From an uncultured Synergistales bacterium (GTDB taxonomy: Bacteria > Synergistota > Synergistia > Synergistales > Aminobacteriaceae): 49,661 nt of DNA. The stretch is from positions 1 to 49,661 of the forward strand of contig CALCQG010000001.1 of NCBI GenBank assembly GCA_937897575.1, in the 5' to 3' direction. The position numbers and the translations under genes were made by a program. The notes beneath the pieces are model-generated. The model searched no databases. It had not been told where the DNA came from and saw only the letters and a program-made list of their open reading frames with translations. Positions 37,854-46,991 of the stretch are shown piece after piece (positions within the stretch are counted from its first letter, which is position 1; every line of letters begins with the position of its first letter).

Positions 37854-39110
37854 CTATCTCAGGTATTTCATGGGGTCCCTGGCGTCGCCGCCCTGCCGGA
37901 CCTCGAAGTGGAGATGGTTCCCCGTGGCGGTGCCCGTGCTGCCGACGCTCCCCACCGCCTGCCCCTTTTTCACGACGGCCCCCTCGCGGACGGCGATGGA
38001 CGAGAGGTGGGCGTACACCGACGACAGGTCGTTCCCGTGGTCGAGGATGACGATCTGGCCGTATCCCCGGAGCCATCCAGCGTAGAGCACCTCTCCGGCC
38101 CCCGCGGCTTTGACTGGTGTGCCGTGGGGCGCCCGGATGTCTATGCCCGTGTGCATGATCTTCGTCTTGAAGACGGGGTGCACTCTGGTCCCGAAGGTGC
38201 TCGAGATCTGCCCCTGAACAGGCCACCCGAGGCGTCCGCCCGACGGGACGAAGACCTGGGGCTGAGGCGCTGCGGGGCGAGTCGCCGTCGTCCCGCTCCC
38301 CTTCGCGGCAGCGGCCGCTGCGGCTGCCGCCGCCCTGGCCCGCTCCTGCTCCTCGCGCTTCTTCTTCATGAGGGCCACGATGGTCCTCTGAAGCTCCTGC
38401 TGGGCGTCCTGAAGCTCCTTGAGGGACTGCTCCTGGAGCGACCGCTCCTTGCGCACCTTGCCCAGATAGTCGTTGCTTCTGGCGATCTCGTCGTGGTAGT
38501 TCTTGCGCTCCGACGCAAGCTTCGTCGTGTTGTCCGCCAGGCTCTTCCGCTCGCTCTCCATCTTGGCCGCCGCCTGACGAAGCTCCTCCTGCTTCGCCAG
38601 CACGCCGTCGATCATCCCCTGGTCCTGGAGGGCGATCTTGTTCAGCAGGTAGGACGTTCCCATGGCCTCATGGGCCGTGGACGACGACAGCAGCAGGTTG
38701 AACTCCGCCACGCCGCCGTATTTGTAGATGTTCACCATGCGCTCCTCCAGCAGCCCCTGCATGGTGGCCAGATCCCGCTCGGCCGTCTCCATCTCGGCCC
38801 TGAGGCCGGCGATGGTTTCCTTCACCTTCTCGAGGCGCAGCTCGAGGATCCTGATCCGCTGCTCCGTCACCTGCTTCTTCTGGTCGAGGGTGTTGATCTG
38901 GGTGAGGACCCCCTTTTCCTGCTGCCCCATCTGCTGCACCCGGCCCTGATGTTCGGCGATCCGCCTCTCCAGGAGCTCCATCCTGGCCTCCTCCTGGGCA
39001 ATCCGGCTGTCGAGCCCCGCCGTCGCCCCGAAAGCCTCGACCGGCCAGAGGAGGACGATCATCAGGACGAAGAGTGCCGCTTGCTTTTTTATCGGAAAGA
39101 GTTGTGTCAT
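37854..39110 (-). CDS. envC: EnvC-family coiled-coil M23 murein hydrolase (activator)
   Basis: Signal peptide, long coiled coil, WPV.G, HTGID, YAHL, HLHFEVR. Confidence 0.9.
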   Translation of the reverse strand: MTQLFPIKKQAALFVLMIVLLWPVEAFGATAGLDSRIAQEEARMELLERRIAEHQGRVQQMGQQEKGVLTQINTLDQKKQVTEQRIRILELRLEKVKETIAGLRAEMETAERDLATMQGLLEERMVNIYKYGGVAEFNLLLSSSTAHEAMGTSYLLNKIALQDQGMIDGVLAKQEELRQAAAKMESERKSLADNTTKLASERKNYHDEIARSNDYLGKVRKERSLQEQSLKELQDAQQELQRTIVALMKKKREEQERARAAAAAAAAAAKGSGTTATRPAAPQPQVFVPSGGRLGWPVQGQISSTFGTRVHPVFKTKIMHTGIDIRAPHGTPVKAAGAGEVLYAGWLRGYGQIVILDHGNDLSSVYAHLSSIAVREGAVVKKGQAVGSVGSTGTATGNHLHFEVRQGGDARDPMKYLR

Positions 39111-39137
39111 GATCGACCTCCTTCGCGCTCTTTCGCG

Positions 39138-40022
39138 CTACTTTGCTCGGCTTGCGCGGCTGATGAAGCGGCTCACGGCGAGCCAGCTGCACACCCACCC
39201 CAGCGTGGCGCCCGTGGCAAAGAGCAGGAGAAAGAACTGGAGCAGCGTGCGCCGGTCAACAATTATATCAAGAAAGGGGAGGGACGTTCGGACAGCGTTC
39301 ATGATGGACGCATAGGTGCCCCAGATACCGGCTATGGCGAGCAGGGCCCCCCCGGCGCCGAGGAGCGTCCCCTGAATGACGAAGGGCAGAGAGATGTAGG
39401 TCCTCGTGGCCCCCACGAGGAGCATGACCTCGATCTCCTCCCTACGGGAGTAGATGGCGATGCGGATGGTGTTGAAGATGACCAGGGTGCTGATGATGGC
39501 CGCGAGGACGAGGATCGTGCCCGAGGCCGTCGTGGCCGCCCGTGAGATGGTCGTCAGGCGCTCCACGAGCTTGCCCGAGTAGAGCACCTCCTCCACCTCG
39601 GGGACGGCGATGAGGTCCCGGACAAGGGGGGCGATCTGCTCCGCCCGTCCGACTTGAACCTCCACGCTCCAGGGCAGGGGGTTCTCGCCCAGAAGCGTCA
39701 CGGCCCTTGCCTGGTTGCCCAGCTTGGCCCGAAGCTTCTCCAGAGCCTGTTCGGGCGACACCGCCGCGGCGGACGTCACCGTGGGCATAGTCTTCACCAG
39801 CGCAACGACGGGGTCGGCGTTCTGCCCCTTCTTCATGAAGACCTGGACCACCAGGCCGCCCTCCACCCGGGAGATCATCTGCCGCAGGTTCAGGGAGAAG
39901 AGCCCGGTGAACCCGAGGATGTAGAGCACCGAGGCGGCCGTCACGAGGGTGAGCAGGCTCAGCCCCCAGTGCCGGAACAGCAGGCGGAAGGTGTCCCGCA
40001 GGGCGTACCTAAAGCTCGTCAT
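39138..40022 (-). CDS. ftsX: cell division permease FtsX
   Basis: ENPLP, IFNTIRIAIYSRREEIEVMLLVGAT..YI..PF. Confidence 0.95.
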   Translation of the reverse strand: MTSFRYALRDTFRLLFRHWGLSLLTLVTAASVLYILGFTGLFSLNLRQMISRVEGGLVVQVFMKKGQNADPVVALVKTMPTVTSAAAVSPEQALEKLRAKLGNQARAVTLLGENPLPWSVEVQVGRAEQIAPLVRDLIAVPEVEEVLYSGKLVERLTTISRAATTASGTILVLAAIISTLVIFNTIRIAIYSRREEIEVMLLVGATRTYISLPFVIQGTLLGAGGALLAIAGIWGTYASIMNAVRTSLPFLDIIVDRRTLLQFFLLLFATGATLGWVCSWLAVSRFISRASRAK

Positions 40023-40704
40023 CGAGGAGGTACCTCCCTCTTCGCTCGTCCCGCCGGATGCGGCCGTTGTGAAGCTCCACGAGCCGCTGGCGGTAGGCGT
40101 CCACCATGTTCCGGTCGTGGGTCGCCACGAGGACCGTCGTCCCCGCCGCGTTGATGGAGAGCAGCAGCTTCATGATCTCCTCGGACGTCCGGATGTCCAG
40201 GTTGCCCGTGGGCTCGTCGGCGAGGAACACGGACGGCGAACTCGCCATGGCCCGGGCGATGGCGACCCGCTGCTGCTCGCCCCCCGAAAGCTGAGGCGGT
40301 TTGAGAAAGCGGCGGCGCCAGAGCCCTACCTGGTCGATGACCTCGTTCGCCCGGTTCTGGACGATCCGCGGGGGAAGCCCCATGGCCTCGAGGGCGAAGG
40401 ACACGTTCTCCAGGGCCGAGAGGTCCGACAGAAGCTTGAAGTCCTGGAAGACCACGCCCACCTCCCGGCGGTAGAACGGCAGCTCGCTCCGGCCGATCTT
40501 CCGGAGGTTCCGGTCGCCCACGGTGACCTGCCCTCTCGTGGCGATGTACTCCCTCGACAGGATGCGCAGCAGCGTCGTCTTCCCCGACCCCGTGGTCCCC
40601 ACGAGGTACAGGAACTCACCGCTGTCCACGGAGAGATGAACGTCCTCCAGGGCGACGATGTCCTGATCGAACACTTTCGTGACTCCGGCCATACGGATGT
40701 CCAT
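40009..40704 (-). CDS. ftsE: cell division ATPase FtsE
   Basis: [39 protein letters not shown]; start ATG 40704 after AGGAGG. Confidence 0.95.
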   Translation of the reverse strand: MDIRMAGVTKVFDQDIVALEDVHLSVDSGEFLYLVGTTGSGKTTLLRILSREYIATRGQVTVGDRNLRKIGRSELPFYRREVGVVFQDFKLLSDLSALENVSFALEAMGLPPRIVQNRANEVIDQVGLWRRRFLKPPQLSGGEQQRVAIARAMASSPSVFLADEPTGNLDIRTSEEIMKLLLSINAAGTTVLVATHDRNMVDAYRQRLVELHNGRIRRDERRGRYLLDDEL

Positions 40705-40706
40705 AC

Positions 40707-41657
40707 CTACCTCCTGCGCATGGTCAGAACCTGCACGGCGGCGCCCACGATCTGGGAGGCCGTCAGGCCGTAGTACCCCCGAAGCTCCTCGAAGGTCCCG
40801 CTCTGCCCGAATTTGTCGAAGACGGCCACCTGCTTCATGGGCACAGGGTAGAAAGAGGCCGTCAGAGCGGCGACGGCTTCGCCCAAACCGCCCCGGGCGA
40901 AGTGCTCCTCCGCCGCGACGCAGCACCCCGTGCGGTGGACGGAGTTCAGGATGACCCTCGCCGGCAGCGGCGAGACGCTGTAGCAGTCGATCACCTCGGC
41001 GCGGATGTTCTGCTTCGCGAGCACGGCCGCAGCCCGAAGGGCCTCGGAGACCATGATACCACAGCAGCAGATGGTCACGTCGTCCCCCTCCCGCAGCACC
41101 CGGCCCGCGCCCGGCGCGAAGTCGTCGTCTCCGTCGTCGTAGACGTCGGGGACGGCCGTTCGGCCCAGACGGATGTAGACGGGGTTCGTCGCATCCGCCG
41201 CCCCCGTGAGGAGGGCCAGGGCGGAGGTGTAATCCGCCGGGACGAGGACCGTCATGTTGGGCAGGACCCGCATGAGGGCCAGATCCTCCAGCATCTGGTA
41301 GGACGCGCCGTCTTCGCCGGCCGATACGCCGCAGTGGCTGCCCACGATCTTGACGGGCAGTCCCGGGATGGCCACCATGGATCGGATCTGCTCATACCCC
41401 CGGCCCACGAGAAAGGAGCCGTAGGACGACACGTAGACGTTTTTGCCCGCGAGGGCGAGCCCCGACGCGGTGAGGATCATGTCCTGCTCCGATATCCCCA
41501 CGTTGATGCACCGGTCGGGGTACTCGACGGCGAAGAGCGAGGCTCTCGTCGCCGATGCGGAATCGCCGTCCACGGCCACCACCGGTTTCCCCATCCTGGC
41601 CGCGGAAAGCAGGGCCTGTCCGTAGGCGTCCCTGGGACGCCGCTCCGCTGCGATCAT
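40707..41657 (-). CDS. transketolase-like protein, C-terminal (pyrimidine-binding) subunit, divergent
   Basis: RDAYG, NVGISEQDM, RGYEQIR, GEDGASYQMLED, VYIRLGR, AEEH. Confidence 0.9.
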   Translation of the reverse strand: MIAAERRPRDAYGQALLSAARMGKPVVAVDGDSASATRASLFAVEYPDRCINVGISEQDMILTASGLALAGKNVYVSSYGSFLVGRGYEQIRSMVAIPGLPVKIVGSHCGVSAGEDGASYQMLEDLALMRVLPNMTVLVPADYTSALALLTGAADATNPVYIRLGRTAVPDVYDDGDDDFAPGAGRVLREGDDVTICCCGIMVSEALRAAAVLAKQNIRAEVIDCYSVSPLPARVILNSVHRTGCCVAAEEHFARGGLGEAVAALTASFYPVPMKQVAVFDKFGQSGTFEELRGYYGLTASQIVGAAVQVLTMRRR

Positions 41658-42487
41658 TGTCCGTCCTCCTCCCCGGCGAGCTCCTCGAGGGCTCTGTCCG
41701 TGCTGTTCCGGTCCAGGACCATCCGCCCGCCCGAAGGGTCCTCCTCGAGGAAGGATATCCCCTTGCCGAGTTTGGTCCTGGCGATCAGGCAACGAGGCCG
41801 CCCGACGGCCCCGGCGAGCTCGCCATACCCTGAACGAAGGGACGAAAAGTCGTGGCCGTCGCACTCCGCCACAGTCCAGCCGAAGGCGATGAATTTGTCC
41901 GCCACGGGCTCGAGGGACTTGATGTCCTCCGTGGCGCCCTCCATCTGCCGGCCATTCCGATCCACGATCAGCGTCAGCGAGTCCAGTCCGTGATGGGCCG
42001 CCGTGAGCGCCGACTCCCACATCGCCCCTTCTTGAAGCTCTCCGTCCCCCACGAGGCAGACGACGGACGGAGCGGGGTCGGAGCTTCTGAGCGCCAGGGC
42101 CAGCCCGTTGGCCACGCCCAACCCCTGCCCCAGAGAGCCGCCCGGCGCATCGATGCCGGGGGTCCGGCGCACCTCGGGGTAGGTCTGGAGCATGGCGCCG
42201 AGACGCCGGTAGCTCCACAGCTCCTCCCTCGGGAAGAAGCCCCTGTTGGCCAAGACGGAGTAGAGGGCGGGGCACCCGTGCCCCTTGCCCAGGACGAAGC
42301 GGTCGCGCCCCTCCCATTCGGGTTCGCCGGGCCGCACGTCGAGCACGCCCCAGTAGAGCCATACCAGGATGTCCACGATGGACAGGGACGAGGCCAGAAG
42401 GCCCGACCTGGCCAGGCCGAGCATCCGGACCACATCCCGCCGGACGGCCAGGGCTCGTTCGGACAGTTCCTGCACGCTGTGTGTCAT
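41654..42487 (-). CDS. transketolase-like protein, N-terminal (ThDP-binding) subunit, divergent
   Basis: RDRFVLGKGH, GSLGQGL, GDGELQEG..WE, IVDRN, DGHD, TKLGKG. Confidence 0.9.
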   Translation of the reverse strand: MTHSVQELSERALAVRRDVVRMLGLARSGLLASSLSIVDILVWLYWGVLDVRPGEPEWEGRDRFVLGKGHGCPALYSVLANRGFFPREELWSYRRLGAMLQTYPEVRRTPGIDAPGGSLGQGLGVANGLALALRSSDPAPSVVCLVGDGELQEGAMWESALTAAHHGLDSLTLIVDRNGRQMEGATEDIKSLEPVADKFIAFGWTVAECDGHDFSSLRSGYGELAGAVGRPRCLIARTKLGKGISFLEEDPSGGRMVLDRNSTDRALEELAGEEDGQ

Positions 42488-42491
42488 AGGA

Positions 42492-43520
42492 TCAGACTCC
42501 CCCTTCCGCTGCGAGTCGGACATCCGCCCACAGGCGGTGAAAAAAGTCAGCGAAGCGCTCCGGCAACTCGTCCGTCGCTCCCGCGGGTCTCGTGGGTTCG
42601 GGAAGGGCCCCCTCCCCCGTCCACGCCGGGACGCCCCATTCATTGGCCAGCTCCGCCACCTTCGGGTCGTAGGCCGAGAGGCAGACGGGCAGACGGGCGA
42701 GAAGGGCCAGAAGGCCGAAGTGATACCGCATGGAGACGACGGCGGCTGCATCGGCAAAGAGCGCCTCCGATCGAAGCCGCCAGCTCTCCGCGTCGAGCAG
42801 GACCACCTCCCGGGCCGCCAGCACGCCGCGGGCGATCTGGTCCTCCATGAGGCGCCGGTCCTCGTCGGAGAGGGCCACGCCCGTCACGGAGAGCCCCCTC
42901 ACCTCCGCGAAGCGGGACGCCTCGCGAGCTGTCCTGTCCGCCAGGTCGTCGGTCCAGGGGCGGACGTTCAGAAGCAGCGTCCTGCCCTCCCCTCCGGAGT
43001 GCTCTCCCGAGGCGGGCAGGGAGACGACGGGGTCCGGCGACAGCGCCGACGACAGGCCCCACTGGGCGAGGAGCGCCCGGGAGCGGTCGTCCCGGACGCC
43101 CCGGGCCGCGCAATCCGCGAGGGCCTTTCGGGCAAGGGTTCGCCCCACGGCCGTCCTGAAGGGCCCCACGGACTGCCCGACGCACCAGGGCACCGCCCCG
43201 GCGAGACGGGCGAGGCGGACCACCCCCCAGTAGTAGGCGCAGGAGCGAAGGCTCGTGGAGTCCTGAAAGAGTCCGCCGCCTCCGAGGAGGAGGGTGTCGC
43301 TCCGGCGCAGGGCACCGAAGACGTCCCGGACGGACCAGCGCTGGACTGCCTGCACCCCGAGCGCCCTCCCCGCTCCGGGGTTCGCCGTCAGGAGGACCGC
43401 CTCGTCCCGGGAGACCCCCTCCCGCTCGAGAGCCGAGAGGAGGGCCTCGGCGAGCAGTTCGTCGCCCAGGTTGCCGAAGCCGTAATAGCCGCAGAGGGCC
43501 ACCCGCCACCTTCGGGGCAC
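42492..43520 (-). CDS. csaB: polysaccharide pyruvyl transferase CsaB
   Basis: GYYGFGNLGDE, GGGGLFQDSTS.RS..YY, QSVGP, VRD..S, SMRYH, YDPKV; GTG start overlaps the upstream stop. Confidence 0.92.
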   Translation of the reverse strand: MPRRWRVALCGYYGFGNLGDELLAEALLSALEREGVSRDEAVLLTANPGAGRALGVQAVQRWSVRDVFGALRRSDTLLLGGGGLFQDSTSLRSCAYYWGVVRLARLAGAVPWCVGQSVGPFRTAVGRTLARKALADCAARGVRDDRSRALLAQWGLSSALSPDPVVSLPASGEHSGGEGRTLLLNVRPWTDDLADRTAREASRFAEVRGLSVTGVALSDEDRRLMEDQIARGVLAAREVVLLDAESWRLRSEALFADAAAVVSMRYHFGLLALLARLPVCLSAYDPKVAELANEWGVPAWTGEGALPEPTRPAGATDELPERFADFFHRLWADVRLAAEGGV

Positions 43521-45475
43521 TACCCGGCCACCACGCTTCCGTACCTGCGCCACAGAGGCAGCAGAACCCACCGGAGCAGGGCCACCGCAATGATACCCAC
43601 CACAACCCCCGTCCACAATCCGTTAAATTGCCTGAAAAGGATGAAGGAGAGCGGCGTATGGAAGTGACAGAAGCTGTTCACCGCCGACGAGAACCCAAGG
43701 ACCGTCCCCAGCCGGAAGGCCTCCCGGTAGCGGGGCCAGAGGTCCCGGGAGCGCAGGAAGTACCAGACCATGAGGGACGGATAGCCGATGAAGAGCTCCT
43801 TGTTCCGGGGCCTCGCCACGAGGACCCGCTCCAGGAACTCCCGGACCTGAATCTCCAGGGCCGGGACGACCTGCACGTTGTCGCTCCGGAACAGGACGAG
43901 GACCGCGCCGACGAGCAGGATACCCATCAGGGCGAGCTCGCCCCAGAGAGGCGGGCGGCGGAGGATCGCCCCGAGGGACTCGGGGTGCTCCCGGCTCTTC
44001 AGGTCCGCCAGGAACACCAGGATGGGCGGCAGCAGCAGCGTCGCCTTCACGCCCGAGAAGGTCCTGAGGCGGAGCACATAGGTCGGGTCGCTGAAGAAGG
44101 CGGCGATGGCGAGCCCCCCCGCCACGACGAAGAGGAAGCTCCCGACGAGGGCGCCAAGGGGCTTCCGCCATCCGTCGAGGGCGATGAAAGCGCCCTCCGT
44201 CACGATCAGGACGGCCGAGAGAGCCCCTACGATCTTCGCCGACGACGGCAGGAAGCGGAGGACGAGGGCCACGATCATGGTGATCACGAGCAGGGGAAGG
44301 ATGTCGGAGAGGGTGGGCCGCCCCCGGGACTCGTCCTCCCGTCCCGGGACGGGGAACCACCGCCGAAGGTACCGCAGGGACGTGAAGACGAAGGCCAGCG
44401 CCAGGGCGACGGCCCCGACGAACCCCTGCCGCCAGGGCGCGAAGGGCTTGGGCCACCCGATGGCGTACCCCTGGTCGGCCAGGCTGCCCGAGAGGGCGCC
44501 GAGCTCCAGGAGAAAGCGCGTGTAGGAGTCGTCGGCCGCCTCGATGGCTGACGGGCGGAACACGAGCAGGCGCACCGCCCGCTCCTTGACGGCACGAAGG
44601 AACCGCTCGTGGAGGACGAGGCGGGTGATCCGCCGTCCCACCACCTCCTCGTTGGTGACGCTGTGGAGGCTCAGCAGGTTGGGGTAGGCCAGCCAGTTCA
44701 GCCGGGCGGCCCCTATCTGCCGCGAGAACTCCACCATGGCCACGGACTTCCCCTTCCCTTTCGCGGCCTGGGCCAGGGGGGCGAGGTCCGGGAAGCCGAG
44801 GGCCACCTCGCCCGTCGGCGACAGGATCTGAATGGATGGATAGTCGGTGAAGAGCTTCTCAAGGACGTCGATGGCCGCCTTCGTGTCCCCCATGATGGCC
44901 GGGGCCACCCGGTAGAACACGGGGATGCGGAGCTTTTCGGCCAGCAGGAGGCCGTCCAGGTCCGGCAGGACGCCCGTGGTGAGCAGCTGGTCCTGCATCC
45001 GCGGCAGGATGGCGATGGTGCCCCTCTTCCCCGTCTCCACGGAGGCTCCGGGGAAGCGTTTCGTCAGGGTGGTCGCCAGTGCTCCGCCCTCGGGCAGCGA
45101 CTCGGGCAGATAGATGGCCGTCGCCGGAACGCCGGGGGCGGGCACGCTCTTCGGCGACTCGGGCAGGCCGGAGGGCACCCCGTAGTACAGGGGCAGCGCG
45201 CCTTGAGACAGCTGCTCCCCCGTCAGCTCCGAGACCATGAGCCCCGTGGCCCCCTTCTCCGCCACGGCGCTCCATATGGCCTCCACGGGCTTGTTCTCGC
45301 GGGAGGCCAGAGCCGCCACGTCCCGGTAGTCCACGATGATCCCCGTCACCCGTCCCGCCCGCTCCATGGCCAGACGAGGGAGCAGGGCAATCCCCGAGAG
45401 AAGAAAGAGCAGCGCCACAACGATGACCACAAGGCCCCGGCGGTTCCGCGCCGGAGCATCCGTTTCCCTGTTCAT
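43520..45475 (-). CDS. DUF5693-family membrane protein (usual csaB neighbour)
   Basis: RAVKERAVR, FSGVK...PP, ARPRNKELFIGYP, VNSFCHFHTP. Confidence 0.85.
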   Translation of the reverse strand: MNRETDAPARNRRGLVVIVVALLFLLSGIALLPRLAMERAGRVTGIIVDYRDVAALASRENKPVEAIWSAVAEKGATGLMVSELTGEQLSQGALPLYYGVPSGLPESPKSVPAPGVPATAIYLPESLPEGGALATTLTKRFPGASVETGKRGTIAILPRMQDQLLTTGVLPDLDGLLLAEKLRIPVFYRVAPAIMGDTKAAIDVLEKLFTDYPSIQILSPTGEVALGFPDLAPLAQAAKGKGKSVAMVEFSRQIGAARLNWLAYPNLLSLHSVTNEEVVGRRITRLVLHERFLRAVKERAVRLLVFRPSAIEAADDSYTRFLLELGALSGSLADQGYAIGWPKPFAPWRQGFVGAVALALAFVFTSLRYLRRWFPVPGREDESRGRPTLSDILPLLVITMIVALVLRFLPSSAKIVGALSAVLIVTEGAFIALDGWRKPLGALVGSFLFVVAGGLAIAAFFSDPTYVLRLRTFSGVKATLLLPPILVFLADLKSREHPESLGAILRRPPLWGELALMGILLVGAVLVLFRSDNVQVVPALEIQVREFLERVLVARPRNKELFIGYPSLMVWYFLRSRDLWPRYREAFRLGTVLGFSSAVNSFCHFHTPLSFILFRQFNGLWTGVVVGIIAVALLRWVLLPLWRRYGSVVAG

Positions 45476-46068
45476 TCCGCGATCCTCCATTGATCGGCAA
45501 GGGGGCGGCCGAGGGCCTCGAAGAGACGGCCGAGCCGGCACAGAGGCAGCCCCACCACGTTGAAATAGTCCCCGCAGATGGACGAGACGACGAGCGATCC
45601 GAGCCCCTGGATGGCGTACGCCCCCGCCTTGTCGTCCCCCTCCCCGCTGGCCACGTAGGCCGCCATGTCGGCCTCGGAGAGCGGCCGGAAGACCACCGTC
45701 GTCTCCTCGACGGCCCACTCCGTGCGCCCGCCTGCGCAGAGGGCCACGCCGGTGAAGACGGAGTGGGCGCGCCCCTGAAGCCTCCGGATCATCCCCAGGG
45801 ACTCCTCCCGCGACGCGGGCTTGCCGAGGATGACCCCCTCCACGGAGACGAGAGTGTCCGCCGCCACCACCCAGGCGCCGGGGAACAGAAGCGCCGTCGC
45901 CCGGGCCTTTTCGCGGGCCAGGCGACCGCAGGCCTCCGCCGCCCCTTCGCCGGGGTTCAGCCCTTCGTCGATACTGGGCACGGAGACCCGAAAGGGCCAC
46001 CCCAGGGATTCAAAGAGCTCCCTTCGCCTCGGACTGCCCGACGCCAGGACGAGATCGATCCCCGCCAT
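45472..46068 (-). CDS. maf: Maf/YhdE-family nucleoside triphosphate pyrophosphatase
   Basis: LASGSPRRRE, ADT, ILGKP, DKAGAYAIQG, NVVGLP. Confidence 0.95.
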   Translation of the reverse strand: MAGIDLVLASGSPRRRELFESLGWPFRVSVPSIDEGLNPGEGAAEACGRLAREKARATALLFPGAWVVAADTLVSVEGVILGKPASREESLGMIRRLQGRAHSVFTGVALCAGGRTEWAVEETTVVFRPLSEADMAAYVASGEGDDKAGAYAIQGLGSLVVSSICGDYFNVVGLPLCRLGRLFEALGRPLADQWRIAE

Positions 46069-46175
46069 GCTCCTCGCCTCCTCCCCTCCCGGTCCGGACG
46101 CCATGGCGTCGTCGCCGGGGGACGGTAGAAAGGATAGCCTCCAGGACCCCGCCCGTCAAGGACGGTCCGCTGGGG

Positions 46176-46991
46176 CTATCGCCACAGAGAGAGGACGATG
46201 GAGAGCAGGCCGACGGCGGCGCAGTAGACCGAGAAGGGACGCCACCGCCCCAGGGTCACCAGCTTCCGGAGCAGCACCAGGGACAGAAAGCCGGACAGGA
46301 AGGCTATGGACGCCCCGAGCTGCCACCCTGAGGGCAGGGCCGAGAACCCCTCGGGGGTCTTCAGCAGCGCCATCAGTTCGAGCAGGGTCGCTCCGGCGAT
46401 GGCCGGCAGGGAGAGCAGGAAGGAGAATCGAAAGGCCTCCGGCGCCGACAGCCCCGTCCTCATCCCGCTCACGATCGTCGATCCCGACCGCGATATCCCG
46501 GGCATAGTGGCGATCCCCTGGACGAGCCCCACGAAGGCCCCTCCCGCGACGGACAACGGCCGACCGACCCGCCTCGCAGGCAGGGCCGATCCGTACCACA
46601 GGAGCAGGGCCGTCACGAGCAGGCCGCCCCCCACCATCCAGGGAACGCCCATGGCCCGTTCCATGAGCGGCTTCATGGGAAAGGCCACGAGCGCCGTCAC
46701 AACGGTGCCGGCGAGAACGGCCCAGCCCGTGGTCCACCCCTCGCTCCCCCGCCCCTCCTTCGAGACGAAGCCGCCGAGCCACTGGGCGAGGAGCCTCAGA
46801 ATGTCCCTGCCGAAGTAGAGGATCGTCGCCAGCATGGTGGCCGAGTGGAGGATCAGGTCGTAGGCCAACGCGGCGTCCTTGATGCCGAAGAGCTGCTGGA
46901 GCAGCGCGAGATGCCCCGAGCTGCTCACGGGGAGGAACTCCGTGATCCCCTGGACGAGCCCCAGGGTCAGGGAGGCGAGGAACTCCGTCAT
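46176..46991 (-). CDS. uppP: undecaprenyl-diphosphate phosphatase
   Basis: GLVQGITEFLPVSSSGHL, PGISRSGST, FSFLLSLP. Confidence 0.96.
   Translation of the reverse strand: MTEFLASLTLGLVQGITEFLPVSSSGHLALLQQLFGIKDAALAYDLILHSATMLATILYFGRDILRLLAQWLGGFVSKEGRGSEGWTTGWAVLAGTVVTALVAFPMKPLMERAMGVPWMVGGGLLVTALLLWYGSALPARRVGRPLSVAGGAFVGLVQGIATMPGISRSGSTIVSGMRTGLSAPEAFRFSFLLSLPAIAGATLLELMALLKTPEGFSALPSGWQLGASIAFLSGFLSLVLLRKLVTLGRWRPFSVYCAAVGLLSIVLSLWR

Noticed and set aside
35580..46000. Apparent long fusion-like N-terminal extensions in the ORF track (35580-37358, 40707-42362, 43520-46000)
   Set aside because: Artefacts of longest-ORF calling; the real starts lie at the overlaps with upstream stops.
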